Positions 1 to 10,637 of a stretch of DNA of 40,470 nt are shown here, in pieces. The stretch is from sequence record SRR22947725_152; one strand, given 5' to 3'. Position 1 is the first letter of the stretch. The number at the start of each line of letters is the position of its first letter. The notes below the pieces were generated by a model, which was not told the origin of the DNA, ran no database searches, and saw only the letters and a program-made list of their open reading frames with translations. The translations under genes were made by a program, and so were the position numbers.

Positions 1-3000
1 AAGGGGCGCATCTTTGCCGTCGAAACATGGCGTGCAGGCCAAAATGGTGTTTATGGGAATCGCAAACATAGGTACTGGCTTTTAGATGATAATGCAGCTC
101 AAACGACGGCCGACCGCATGGCCTTACTTAAGAAGTGGCAGCACAAAGAAGATTATACTCGACACAATCACATTTCAGAGATTGTTAAGCTCATTGAAGA
201 TACTGATGGCGATGGTATCGCTGATTCGTCTAAGGTTTATGCTGATGGTTTTAATCATCCGCTCGATGGTATTGCTGGCGGAATCTTTGCGTTTGATGGT
301 AAAGTTTTCTTTTCTTGTATACCCAATGTTTGGCAGTTGGAAGATACTGATGGCGATGGCAAAGCCGATAAGCGTCAAGTTATCCAAGAAGGCTTTGGGA
401 CTCGTTATAGTTTTTGGGGACATGACCTCAATGGTTTTAAACTAGGTCCAGATGGCCGGCTTTATTTCACGGTAGGTGACCGGGGTTTTAATATCACGAC
501 TAAAGAAGGAGAAAACTTTGCCGATCCGGGTTCTGGTGCCGTTTTCCGTTGTGAATTAGATGGTTCAAATATGGAAGTTTTTTATCATCGTTTGAGAAAC
601 CCTAAAGAACTCGCTTTTGATAAGTATGGCTTTTTGTTTACCGGTGACAATAACGGCGATATGGGCGATCGCGCTCGACTTGTTTACTGTTTAGAGCAGG
701 GCTCGACGGGGTGGCACAATGGTATGCAGTTCATGCACAGTTTTTACAAGAGTGTTTATCCTGGTGATAATATAGGTATCTTTAAGGCGTGGAATGACGA
801 GAAAGTTTGGGGAGTCCAAAAAGACAACGTTCGCGCTTATCATTTACCGGCTCTTAAGCATCTTTCTAATGGACCGACGGGTTTCACCTATAACCCGGGA
901 ACTGGCCTTAATCAAAAATATGAAAATACCTTTTTTCTGGTAGATTATCGCGGTGGGGCTTCTCATAGCCGCACCTTGACCTTTAAACTTGAGCCCCAAG
1001 GTGCCGGTTTTAAGGTGGTAAATGAGTCATCTTTACTCCAGGGCATTGCCGCAACGGATGTAGAATTTGGTCTTAACGGGGAGCTTTATGTTGCTGATTA
1101 TATCGGTGGTTGGGGTGTGCCTAATAAAGGCAATATTATAAAGCTCGAAAGTAAAGAAGGTAAGTATAAAGAAGCCGCTACTGTTAAGAGTATCTTTAAT
1201 AAAGGCTTTAATAAAATCGACGCAGAAATGCTCGTTAAGTATCTCGGTCATAGCGATTCAAGAGTTCGAATTCGCGCCTCCATTCAGTTGGCTAAAAGTA
1301 ACATTCCAGAGTTAATAAATGCCGCGAAATCTAGTGATGAATTAACGGCGATGCATGCGACCTGGGGCTTAGCCATTGCCAGTCGCAATGAAAGTTCTGC
1401 CGCAGAAAATGCCTTGATCTCTCAGTTGGCAAGTCGCAACTCTCATGTGCGCCGTATAGCGATAACAGCTTTGGGCGATCTAAATGCGGAATTAGCTCAG
1501 GAGAAAGTGACGGCTCTTTTGAGAGATACGGATTTACGAGTGACGACAGCAACGGGTATAGCTTTGTCGAAAATGAACAGTACAATTCATCTACGGACAG
1601 TGACGGCTTTATTGCAGCACAATAATAATGGGGATGTCTTTTTAAGGCATGGCTTAATAATGGCTTTAACTGGAGCTGGTGAAAATGAAGTTGCTAAGTT
1701 GCACTCACATCCTTCAGAAGCGGTGAGGTTGGCCGCAGTTGTTGCCTTATTTAGATTATCCAGTGAGAAGTTGGCCGTTTTCCTTAAAGATAGCAGTGCT
1801 AGAATTGTTGAAGAAGCGATCTTCTGTATCAAGGACAAAAAGATTCCGGTAGCTCTAAAAGCCGTTGCCGATATGGCGAAAGATAAAATTATTTTTCAAC
1901 TTAGTGAGTTATCTCTTTCTCGTATCCTCAATGCGAATAATATCATCGGGCAGCAAGAAAATGCGGAAAATATCATTGCCTTTTTAAATCATAAGCAAGC
2001 CAATGAGCGTTTAAAGTTGGTCGCCTTGGATCTTTTGCAGCATTGGCAAAATCCTAGAAAAATAGATAAATCAAACGGGCTATTTATAGACCTGCCTGCT
2101 CGTCAAGCCAAATTTGCTCCGGCACTTTCTAACTATATACAGAAAGGTCTTGCAGAGGAATCAGAAAAAGTCACGGCGCTATTACTGCAATTAGCGGTGA
2201 ATTTTAACATTCAGCTTAATGATACAGACTTACTGGCCCAGCTTAAAAGTAAAAAGGCTTCAGCCGAGATTCGCCTCGCCGCGATGAGTACATTAATTCA
2301 GAAAAAGCATCCTAGTTTAGAACCCGTTCTTAAAAATATTTCGCGAGAAAATAATGCCGTCGCGTTGGGGGCGTTAAAGTATTTGCTTACTTCTGATAGT
2401 TCTTTTGCCGTTAAAGCTTTAGGGAAATTGACGGCGAATAAAGATCTTGCCATTGTGCAGGGAGCCCTAGAAGTCTTAGGAGCTGTGAATAATTCGCAAG
2501 TTGTTGAGATCGTCGAAAGTAATATCGGCCGCTTAGTAGCGAATAAATTCCCCAAAGGCGCATATTTAGAGCTTTTTAATTTAGCCGATAAGCATGGCTT
2601 AACTGCCAAAATACTTGCTTATAGAAATCAGCAAAATAGCGCGCCCACATTAACTAACTTCATTGAGTGTTTAGAAGGCGGTGACCCCGTAAAAGGGGAG
2701 GAATACTTTAAGTCACACCCTACAGCCCAATGTTTCCGTTGCCATAAAGTTAATCAGGAGGGTGGAGATGTCGGTCCAGATTTATCGATCATCGGTTTAC
2801 AAAAAGCCGATCACGTTCTTGAATCGATTGTTGCTCCGGGGGCGGTGGTTGCTCCGGGCTATGGTATGATCACGATTACCAAAAAAGATGGTACAATTGT
2901 TGGCGGTCAGTTTATTAAAGACAATGGCAAGACTTTACAGGTCAAAGTCGGAGAAAAGCTTGTAAAGGTCTCAGTTAAAGATGTGGCCTCCAAAACAAAA

Positions 3001-3108
3001 CCCATTTCTGCCATGCCGCCAATGGGCTTAATTGTTAAGAAAAATGAAATTCGCGACATTATGGCCTATCTCAAAACTTTGCGTAAAAAGGTGAATAAAG
3101 GTCACTAA
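1..3108 (+). CDS. PVC-type heme-binding CxxCH protein (N-terminal dehydrogenase-like beta-propeller, HEAT repeats, C-terminal cytochrome c); 5'-truncated by window edge
   Basis: Frame is open from base 1 (KGRIFAVETWRAG...), so the ATG at 118 is internal. Motifs: DTDGDGxAD repeats, GPDGRLYF and LRNP propeller motifs, HEAT-like helices, GDPVKG...CFRCH (2731-2745), VGPDLS, distal SAMP. Confidence 0.88.
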   Translation, partial: KGRIFAVETWRAGQNGVYGNRKHRYWLLDDNAAQTTADRMALLKKWQHKEDYTRHNHISEIVKLIEDTDGDGIADSSKVYADGFNHPLDGIAGGIFAFDGKVFFSCIPNVWQLEDTDGDGKADKRQVIQEGFGTRYSFWGHDLNGFKLGPDGRLYFTVGDRGFNITTKEGENFADPGSGAVFRCELDGSNMEVFYHRLRNPKELAFDKYGFLFTGDNNGDMGDRARLVYCLEQGSTGWHNGMQFMHSFYKSVYPGDNIGIFKAWNDEKVWGVQKDNVRAYHLPALKHLSNGPTGFTYNPGTGLNQKYENTFFLVDYRGGASHSRTLTFKLEPQGAGFKVVNESSLLQGIAATDVEFGLNGELYVADYIGGWGVPNKGNIIKLESKEGKYKEAATVKSIFNKGFNKIDAEMLVKYLGHSDSRVRIRASIQLAKSNIPELINAAKSSDELTAMHATWGLAIASRNESSAAENALISQLASRNSHVRRIAITALGDLNAELAQEKVTALLRDTDLRVTTATGIALSKMNSTIHLRTVTALLQHNNNGDVFLRHGLIMALTGAGENEVAKLHSHPSEAVRLAAVVALFRLSSEKLAVFLKDSSARIVEEAIFCIKDKKIPVALKAVADMAKDKIIFQLSELSLSRILNANNIIGQQENAENIIAFLNHKQANERLKLVALDLLQHWQNPRKIDKSNGLFIDLPARQAKFAPALSNYIQKGLAEESEKVTALLLQLAVNFNIQLNDTDLLAQLKSKKASAEIRLAAMSTLIQKKHPSLEPVLKNISRENNAVALGALKYLLTSDSSFAVKALGKLTANKDLAIVQGALEVLGAVNNSQVVEIVESNIGRLVANKFPKGAYLELFNLADKHGLTAKILAYRNQQNSAPTLTNFIECLEGGDPVKGEEYFKSHPTAQCFRCHKVNQEGGDVGPDLSIIGLQKADHVLESIVAPGAVVAPGYGMITITKKDGTIVGGQFIKDNGKTLQVKVGEKLVKVSVKDVASKTKPISAMPPMGLIVKKNEIRDIMAYLKTLRKKVNKGH

Positions 3109-3125
3109 CAATACTGTCTAAATTC

Positions 3126-3161
3126 AAACCTCCGGCGCCGTAAAGGACCGGAGGTTTTTTT
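3126..3161 (+). terminator. Intrinsic terminator
   Basis: AAACCTCCGG (3126-3135) pairs with CCGGAGGTTT (3148-3157), followed by a T-tract, just after the stop at 3108. Confidence 0.85.
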
Positions 3162-3242
3162 ATGGTCGTTTTTCTCATCTAATTGGCGTTGGCTTTCACG
3201 GAAAAGAGCTATAGAATTTAGAAGCAAAAAATTGAGGCTAAT

Positions 3243-4322
3243 ATGTCAGATGTACTAAGAGAATCCGCTGAGCAAGTCTATGCTGCAGAAATAAAAGCCC
3301 TTATTGAAGTCGAGAAATACGCCGTTCCTCAAGGCTGGCAGATGTCACCCCGTTCGGTATTGACATATATTTGTGGCGGCCCATGTGGAAAGACAGAAAT
3401 TACTCCAAAGTTTATTGGCCATAAGCGCCTCGTAGAGATCTCAATTGCGACACTTTTAACTGATCGAGCCTTGTTGTTAGTGGGCGAACCGGGAACAGCC
3501 AAGTCGTGGTTGAGTGAACACCTAGCGGCGGCCATTAGTGGGGACTCCAAAAAAATAATTCAAGGTACGGCGGGGACGACGGAAGAGCAGATTCGCTATA
3601 GTTGGAATTATGCTATGTTGATTGCCAATGGACCGAGCCCAGAAGCCTTAGTGAAAAGCCCTCTTTACAAGGCCATGCATGACGGGAGCCTCCTGCGTTT
3701 TGAAGAAATTACCCGTTGTGCTCCAGAGATACAGGATGCCTTGATTTCTGTGTTATCTGAGAAAACTCTAGCAGTCCCTGAAATCGGCCATGAGGTAGCC
3801 GCTCAAAAAGGTTTCTCTGTGATTGCTACAGCGAATACGCGAGATCGAGGTGTGAACGAAATGTCGGCGGCTTTAAAACGCCGTTTCAATGTGGTGACTT
3901 TACCTCCACCAGTCGATTTACAAACTGAAATGTCTATAGTTCGCCAACGCTTAGATGAGTCTGTCCACAAGTTAGCTTTGGCGGCAAAAGTTCCCGATGA
4001 AAAACAAGTGGCTCAGGTTTTGACTGTCTTTAGAGAATTGCGGGCAGGGGTTACTTTTGATGGCAAGAGTAAGTTAAAAACACCTTCCGGTATTATGTCC
4101 ACCGCTGAGGCCATTTCACTGTTGACTGGGGCGATGGCGATGGCCGGGAGTTTTGGCAATGGAGAAATCCAAGGAGAACACCTCGCCAATGGCTTACATG
4201 GAGTCGTTATTAAAGATAACGATAAAGATAAGTTAGTTTGGGAAGAATACCTCGAGCAGGTTGTTAAGAAAAGAGGCAATGATTGGCGGCCCATTTACGA
4301 TGCTTCCAAGCAGCTTTTGTAA
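3243..4322 (+). CDS. MoxR-like AAA+ ATPase, YehL family
   Basis: Walker A GEPGTAKS, Walker B variant LRFEEITR, IATANTRDRGVNEMSAALKRRF sensor/Arg finger, and the N-terminal PQGWQMSPRSV typical of YehL-like proteins. Confidence 0.88.
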   Translation: MSDVLRESAEQVYAAEIKALIEVEKYAVPQGWQMSPRSVLTYICGGPCGKTEITPKFIGHKRLVEISIATLLTDRALLLVGEPGTAKSWLSEHLAAAISGDSKKIIQGTAGTTEEQIRYSWNYAMLIANGPSPEALVKSPLYKAMHDGSLLRFEEITRCAPEIQDALISVLSEKTLAVPEIGHEVAAQKGFSVIATANTRDRGVNEMSAALKRRFNVVTLPPPVDLQTEMSIVRQRLDESVHKLALAAKVPDEKQVAQVLTVFRELRAGVTFDGKSKLKTPSGIMSTAEAISLLTGAMAMAGSFGNGEIQGEHLANGLHGVVIKDNDKDKLVWEEYLEQVVKKRGNDWRPIYDASKQLL

Positions 4323-4380
4323 AGTGAAGATGAATTGTATGTCTTTGCTAGTGTGGATGTACCGGTGAAGCAAATTATTT

Positions 4381-6639
4381 ATGAATGAACTCGACGATAT
4401 CCATGTAATTGGCGTGCGCCATTTATCGCCTGCAGCCGCTTTATGTGTTGTTAAAACGCTTGAGGAAGTGCAGCCTTCAGTTGTTTTAATCGAAGGCCCT
4501 TCAGATGCGACTCATCTCATAGAGAAAATTATGCATGAAGATGTTCAACTGCCAGTTTCCTTGTTAGCCTACACTCCCGGTTCAGAGGGGACTTTGGCTT
4601 ACCCTTTGGTTGATTATTCGCCAGAGTATCAGGCGATGAAGTGGGCTCATGCAAACAACTCTGCAGTGAAATTCATTGACTTACCTTCGCGGACATTTTT
4701 GGCTTTAAATGAAGAAGACTTTAAGGGTGGGGGAGTCAGCGGTAGGAGTCGAATCGATATTTATCAAGAGTTAGCCGACCGGGCCGGTGAGAGTTCATAC
4801 GATGCCTATTGGGAGAGAAACTTTGAGCATTTGAAGGATGCTTCCTATTTTAAAGAAATGGCTTTTGAGTTAGGACTGACACTGCGGCAACTAGAGCGTG
4901 AAGCAAGGGACTTTCACCACGCCGAAAACTTACTGCGCGAAGCCTATATGAGGCGTTGTATCGCCGAGGAAATTAAGGGAGGGGCCCTTCCTGAAAAAAT
5001 AGTTGTGATTGTAGGAGCTTATCACGCTCCAGTCCTTGGTAGTGATGAACATGTTATGACGGATAAGGAACTGAAAACCTTACCCGCTATTTCATGCCAC
5101 TTGACTCTTATGCCTTATTCTTATTATCGCTTGTCGCGGCAGGCGGGGTATGGCGCGGGAAATTGTGGTCCTTTATACTTTGGTAAAATATGGCACTCAT
5201 TTCGAGAGCAAGAAAGCTGTTATATAGAAAGTTACCTCTCTGTAGTGGCGGCTAAATTGCGGCAAAGTTCAGTTAAGGTATCAACTGCAGCAGTGATTGA
5301 GGCGGGGCAGTTATGTCGGGCTTTAGCCAAGATAAAAGATGGTGTTGTTGTCTTAGAAGACCTAAGGTCGGCCGTAAACTCTTTATTGTTCCAGGGGGTG
5401 TCCGAGGATCTGCAAAGAGAGGTTTTCACAAGTGCCGAAATAGGTACAGCGGTAGGTTTCATTCCGGAAGGCTTGGTGATGACATCGATTCAGGATGATT
5501 TTAATCAGCGCCTTAAGAAATTAAACTTAGAAAAATACAAAACGGATCAATTAGCAGAATTAAAGTTGGACCTGCGTGAAAATCGGCGTGTAAAGACTCA
5601 AGCCGCTGCTTTTAGAGACCTCAATCGTTCACAGTTTTTTCATCAGTTAAACTTTCTTAAAGTCCCTTTTGCTAAACAACGACAAGATGACAATGAAAGT
5701 AGTTGGCAGGAGAAATGGTTTGTGCGTTGGCAGCCTCAGAGTGAAATCGCTTTAGTGGATAATGTCCTTTGGGGAGAGACTTTAAAAGCGGCCGTCCATG
5801 CCAGGTTTCAACATAAACTTCAACAAGCAGAAAAATTGGTGCATGTTTGCCGTTTAACCCGTCAGGCCTTGCAGTGTGGCTACCAGCAATTACTTCACTT
5901 GGGGGTCAAACAACTCCAACAGCAATCAGTAGGCGGAGCCGAATTCAGCGATTTGTCTGAGGCGATTTCTGAAATTTCATTTCTCGTTGATTACGGTTCC
6001 TTAAGGACGATTGATTCGAAAGCCTTTAAGCCTTTGTTAGAACAGCTCTTTTTTGAAGCTTGTCTACTTCTTTATAATGCTGCGGACTGCAACTCTGAAA
6101 GGCAGGATATTATTGCTAGAGGTTTAAAGTCTATTAATAAGGTCGGCCGTCGCCAAAGTGCTTTTGTTGATGATGAGCGCTGGTTACAGTCTTTAGAGAA
6201 ACTCGCATTTTCGGATGAACGAAATCCTTATCTGAGTGGTTTAGCATTTGCTTTACTCATTGAACGCCAGTTTATCGAGGATGCTCAATTGTCTGTTGAA
6301 ATGAGTCGCCGACTTTCTCCGGGTATGGCGTCTGACATTGCTATTAGTTGGTTCGAAGGTCTTATTTCACATAATCCTTTAGAACTGTTACACCGGCGCA
6401 AACTATGGGAGTCTTTAGCAGATTATGTATCGACTTTCACCGATGAAGAATTTCAAAAGTCACTAGTTTTACTGCGGCGTTCTTTTAGCCAATTTGCCGA
6501 TGAGAACAAACGACAAATCGCTCAAAACCTCTGCGCTTTTTGGGGCTTGTCAAAAACTGACTCTGAAGAGCTCTTGGATATTCAGCTATCCGATGAAGAG
6601 AGCGCTTTGCTAGATGAGTTGGACGATATTGACTTTTAG
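4381..6639 (+). CDS. DUF5682 / YehM-like protein
   Basis: GVRHLSP, VLIEGP, YSPEYQA, REAYM, VGAYH, MPYSY.RLS..AGYGAG motifs; directly downstream of the YehL-like ATPase. Confidence 0.85.
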   Translation: MNELDDIHVIGVRHLSPAAALCVVKTLEEVQPSVVLIEGPSDATHLIEKIMHEDVQLPVSLLAYTPGSEGTLAYPLVDYSPEYQAMKWAHANNSAVKFIDLPSRTFLALNEEDFKGGGVSGRSRIDIYQELADRAGESSYDAYWERNFEHLKDASYFKEMAFELGLTLRQLEREARDFHHAENLLREAYMRRCIAEEIKGGALPEKIVVIVGAYHAPVLGSDEHVMTDKELKTLPAISCHLTLMPYSYYRLSRQAGYGAGNCGPLYFGKIWHSFREQESCYIESYLSVVAAKLRQSSVKVSTAAVIEAGQLCRALAKIKDGVVVLEDLRSAVNSLLFQGVSEDLQREVFTSAEIGTAVGFIPEGLVMTSIQDDFNQRLKKLNLEKYKTDQLAELKLDLRENRRVKTQAAAFRDLNRSQFFHQLNFLKVPFAKQRQDDNESSWQEKWFVRWQPQSEIALVDNVLWGETLKAAVHARFQHKLQQAEKLVHVCRLTRQALQCGYQQLLHLGVKQLQQQSVGGAEFSDLSEAISEISFLVDYGSLRTIDSKAFKPLLEQLFFEACLLLYNAADCNSERQDIIARGLKSINKVGRRQSAFVDDERWLQSLEKLAFSDERNPYLSGLAFALLIERQFIEDAQLSVEMSRRLSPGMASDIAISWFEGLISHNPLELLHRRKLWESLADYVSTFTDEEFQKSLVLLRRSFSQFADENKRQIAQNLCAFWGLSKTDSEELLDIQLSDEESALLDELDDIDF

Positions 6640-6783
6640 ATATATCAGCCTTTAATTTGCCTTTCATGTAACATATACGAGATTTAATGTCTTTACTCAT
6701 AGCGTACGGCTATGTTAGTATTGGTCGTGCGTTATCGCAAATATCTATAAACAAATGATTTGTATGTGTTATAAGGTTGAGGT

Positions 6784-7452
6784 ATGAAGAAATTTACTTT
6801 GTTAGAATTATTGGTTGTCGTTGCCATTCTTGGATTGCTATTGACAATACTTTTGCCAAGTCTTCGGCAGGCGAGAGCTAAGAGTGAAAAGGCTGTATGT
6901 CTGAGTAACCTTAAGCAGATAGGGGTTGCCTTGCAGTTACACTTAAAAGATAATAATTATAAGTTTCCCGCCATGCTGACGGGCAATCACAGGTATGGTT
7001 GGTTAGGAAAGAAGGGTGAGGGTGGGATATACTCACAAGTTCCTTCGAGAAGGCAACTCAATGATTACTTATTGCAGCAACCGGCTGCAGACGATGCCGA
7101 AGTTCCGGTGGCTTATTGTCCTTCGGACTCTTATTACTATAACAACCATGGGGCTTCTTATGCGGCGAATACGAGTGCCGGTATGCCGAAGACTTTATTT
7201 GAAAATAATAATGGCTTTAAGGATTCCAAGAGTTTCTGGGATATTAAAAGCCCTGACCGTTTCGTTGTCATGTCTGAGCATGCAGTAGTTCCAAAATTGA
7301 AGAATAACAGTTTGAGTGCAAAGGACTACTTTCATACGGATGAAGGTGATGACCGTTGGCATATGCTGTTTACTGATGGAGCGGTTAGTTTCTTATCGGT
7401 GAAGTCGGGGCACTACGATACAACTGATTATACTACGCGCACAGACCGTTAG
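6784..7452 (+). CDS. Prepilin-type N-terminal cleavage/methylation domain protein (PVC DUF1559-like family)
   Basis: [19 protein letters not shown]...LPSL..AR, CLSNLKQIG, C-terminal LFTDG; SD GAGG upstream. Confidence 0.88.
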   Translation: MKKFTLLELLVVVAILGLLLTILLPSLRQARAKSEKAVCLSNLKQIGVALQLHLKDNNYKFPAMLTGNHRYGWLGKKGEGGIYSQVPSRRQLNDYLLQQPAADDAEVPVAYCPSDSYYYNNHGASYAANTSAGMPKTLFENNNGFKDSKSFWDIKSPDRFVVMSEHAVVPKLKNNSLSAKDYFHTDEGDDRWHMLFTDGAVSFLSVKSGHYDTTDYTTRTDR

Positions 7453-7616
7453 GCGAGAAAAGGCGGAGGATTAAAACCTTGCCGGTTAAATAGTTGAACT
7501 TTATTTCTGTGAGAAAATTAGCGCCATATGTTAGATTTGCCGAAGACATTTAATATTCCTTTATAGAGACAAACTCGGAAAGGTACTTTTACCTAAACTT
7601 CAATAAGCGAGGTCCT

Positions 7617-9344
7617 ATGATTTTACGCCTTCTATTTTTATTTTACATTTCAATACTCTGCCTCGAGGCTAAGCAGCCCAATGTCGTGCTTATTTTAACC
7701 GATGATCAGGGCTATGGAGATATGTCTTGTCATGGGAACCCCATCTTAAAAACACCGGAACTAGATAAGTTACATGCTGAATCCGTGCGTTTGGTAGATT
7801 TCCACGTAAATTCATTTTGCACGCCGTCGAGAGCTTCACTAATGACCGGCCGCATTGCCTCGAGGACTGGTGCTTGGCGTACGGCTTCGGGACGAACCAT
7901 GTTGCATACAGACGAGATAACGATGGCGCAGGTTTTTAAGGATAATGGCTACGCTACAGGCCTCTTTGGTAAGTGGCACTTAGGGGATAGTTATCCGCAT
8001 CGCCCTCAGGATCGCGGGTTTGAAAAAGTTCTTTGGCATAAGTGTGGAGGTATCACACAGGTGTCTGATTACTGGGGCAATGATTACTTCGATGACTTTT
8101 ATGAAGAAGACGGCGTCTACAAACAATTCAAAGGATACTGTACTGACATCTGGTTTGAGCAGGCGGCAAAATTTATGAAAAAAAGTGCTGATGCCAATAA
8201 ACCTTTCTTTTGTTATATTCCTACAAATGCTCCCCATGCGCCTTTTATAGTGGATGAGAAATACTCAAAACCTTACGAAAGAGAGGACGTCAACAACAGT
8301 AAGTTTTACGGTATGATTGCCAACCTTGATGAAAATGTCGGCAAGCTTCGTCGTCAGCTGGAAGCATGGGGCTTGTCCGAAAATACTATCTTCATTTATA
8401 TGACCGATAATGGCTCGGCAGCTGGTTCTAAAATGTCTTCTAATCCAGATGGCTTGCCGGTTATTGGCTTTAATGCCGGTATGCGCGGTAAAAAAGCTTC
8501 GATTTACGATGGCGGCCATCGAGTCCCCTGCTTTATACATTGGCCAGCAGGTCAGCTGACAGGAGGTAAAGATATCGACCAACTGACGGCTCATTACGAT
8601 TTATTGCCGACTTTAGCGGAGCTTTGTGATCTTAAAAAAGTCAATACAAAGAAGCTCGATGGTCAGTCAATTGTGCCTCTTTTTAAAGGTGACGCTTGGC
8701 AGTCAAGAACCATGGTCAGGCAGTATCAAGGCGGGGTCTTTTTTAGATATGCCCCACAACCATGGACAGAAACTGTTGTTATGACCGAGCGTTGGCGTTT
8801 AATCAATGGCAGTGAACTATATGAAATCGACAAAGATCCAGCTCAGCAAAATAATATAGCCGAAAAGCACCCTAAAGTCGTCGACCAACTTAGAAAAGAA
8901 TATTCAAAATTTTGGTACAGTATCGAAGCACGACTCTTAAAGCCTGTCGCGAATCATATCGGCAATCCGGCTGAAAACCCAGTTATGTTAACATCTCAGG
9001 ATTGGTATATTGAGCCCTTTGGAAATGCAGGGGTTAAACATGGCAACGCTCATAAATTAAATGGAGTGGTAGCCCCTTGGTTGGTGGAAGTCGAAGAATC
9101 GGGTGTTTATGAAATAACTTTGAGGCAGTTTCCCGAGGAGGCTCATTTACCTCTCGTCGCGACAAAAGCTGCGATTAAAATTGCTGGAGTGAACCAGCAG
9201 AAAAGCATATCGGCTGGTGCGAACTTTATTTCCTTTACTGCCTTTATTCCCGCTGGTCCGGCGCGCTTAACGACAGAGTTTACCGATAAACATGGCAAGA
9301 AGACATCGGCTTATTATGCCTATGTGAAGTTAGTCGATAAGTAA
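7617..9344 (+). CDS. Secreted formylglycine-dependent (S1) arylsulfatase with C-terminal extension
   Basis: Signal peptide, PNVVLILTDDQGYGD, CTPSR, GKWHLG, TDNG, GGHRVP. Confidence 0.93.
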   Translation: MILRLLFLFYISILCLEAKQPNVVLILTDDQGYGDMSCHGNPILKTPELDKLHAESVRLVDFHVNSFCTPSRASLMTGRIASRTGAWRTASGRTMLHTDEITMAQVFKDNGYATGLFGKWHLGDSYPHRPQDRGFEKVLWHKCGGITQVSDYWGNDYFDDFYEEDGVYKQFKGYCTDIWFEQAAKFMKKSADANKPFFCYIPTNAPHAPFIVDEKYSKPYEREDVNNSKFYGMIANLDENVGKLRRQLEAWGLSENTIFIYMTDNGSAAGSKMSSNPDGLPVIGFNAGMRGKKASIYDGGHRVPCFIHWPAGQLTGGKDIDQLTAHYDLLPTLAELCDLKKVNTKKLDGQSIVPLFKGDAWQSRTMVRQYQGGVFFRYAPQPWTETVVMTERWRLINGSELYEIDKDPAQQNNIAEKHPKVVDQLRKEYSKFWYSIEARLLKPVANHIGNPAENPVMLTSQDWYIEPFGNAGVKHGNAHKLNGVVAPWLVEVEESGVYEITLRQFPEEAHLPLVATKAAIKIAGVNQQKSISAGANFISFTAFIPAGPARLTTEFTDKHGKKTSAYYAYVKLVDK

Positions 9345-9465
9345 CTTTTTAATTTAGTTAAATTATTGAATTTGAATGATTAATGTTTTTTAGGTCTCAC
9401 TCTTAAAATACGGGGAAATTAACAATATACTTTTAAAAAGGTGTGGTTGAAAGGAAGAAGCTCTT

Positions 9466-10149
9466 ATGAAAAAATTTACCCTTATTGAGTTACTGGTTGT
9501 CGTTGCTATTATTGGTGTTTTAGCCAGTATGCTTTTACCATCTTTGAGAAACGCCCGTGAAGAGGGTAAGAAAGCCGTTTGTAAGAGTAACCTCAAGCAA
9601 GTGGGTATTGCCATACAGCTCTACCTCGATGAAAACGAGGAGCATTTTCCCCCTATGCAAACGGGCTCACACAAATATGGCTGGTTGGGTAAGCAAGGTG
9701 CAGATAGTACCTTTGATTTAACTCCTAAAGAGCGCTTATTGAACATGTACCTTTTAGGAGATTGGCCACCAGCTGATGACGCCGAGGTGCCCATTGCCGA
9801 ATGCTTATCAGGAACGGCCTTATACACATCTACAGGGTCCTCATACCCAGCTAACACTAGCGGTAATATGCCGAAGACTCTTTTTGAGAATAGCGGCAGT
9901 GGGGTGACGAAGTGGAAGTTCTCTAAAAAATATTCAGATATCTTAACACCTTCGAAGTTTGTGACCATGGGCGAACACGGGGCCTTTAAAAGTGCCCAAG
10001 GAAGCACTCTACAGGATTCGTGGTATTTTCATACGTCAGTTGGCGTTCGCCGTTGGAACCTTCTTTTCGCTGATGGCCATGTAGCTTTTCAAGGAATTGC
10101 CGATGGGGCCGGAACAACTGACTCTTATACCTTTCGACGCGATCGTTAA
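9466..10149 (+). CDS. Prepilin-type N-terminal cleavage/methylation domain protein, paralog of 6784-7452
   Basis: [45 protein letters not shown]. Confidence 0.9.
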   Translation: MKKFTLIELLVVVAIIGVLASMLLPSLRNAREEGKKAVCKSNLKQVGIAIQLYLDENEEHFPPMQTGSHKYGWLGKQGADSTFDLTPKERLLNMYLLGDWPPADDAEVPIAECLSGTALYTSTGSSYPANTSGNMPKTLFENSGSGVTKWKFSKKYSDILTPSKFVTMGEHGAFKSAQGSTLQDSWYFHTSVGVRRWNLLFADGHVAFQGIADGAGTTDSYTFRRDR

Positions 10150-10197
10150 TCTTAGAGATTTGTCAATCACTTAGCGAGTAATTTTTTTTAGATTATT

Positions 10198-10532
10198 TTA
10201 TCGCGGCGAATTTTTCTTTACCTCAAGACTATGATCGATTGCGGTTCCTTGTTCTTTAATCTGGATCATTTTTGCATGCCCATCAAACGTACAAGAACTC
10301 TTCAAGTTACAATTTTTACTTAATGTTTTAAAACTAGGGTCATTTATTGGCGAATAATTAGATTTGTTTTGAGTTCTTCAAAAGTCTTTTGGCTATTTAC
10401 CTCCATTTCAGAGTTGAGCTTTAAGCTAATTTTGTGAGCACTAATTTGATGAGTTTACTGATATTTAAGAAGAATATCACTTTCACTCGCTATGAGGGAT
10501 AGAGAAGTGATAAAGATGATAATTCGCTTCAC
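10198..10532 (-). pseudogene. Probable decayed gene for a secreted protein
   Basis: GTG at 10532 reads VKRIIIFITSLSLIASESDILLKYQ (signal-like). An in-frame TAA at 10455-10457 is followed by 36 more open codons, then further stops. AAGGAG lies upstream at long spacing. Fills an otherwise empty ~490-bp gap. Confidence 0.4.
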
Positions 10533-10637
10533 AAGACTTATAAAGGCTCCTTTTAATGATCTCTATAGGCGACTTCAGTTAGCCTTGTTGGACTTTAGGC
10601 TAAGATCATTGCATAATAGGGGAAAGAGGATTGCGAC

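Noticed and set aside
10579-10603. TTAGCCT-N11-AGGCTAA as a CIRCE element
   Set aside because: Does not match TTAGCACTC-N9-GAGTGCTAA in sequence or length, and it is not upstream of the chaperone gene.
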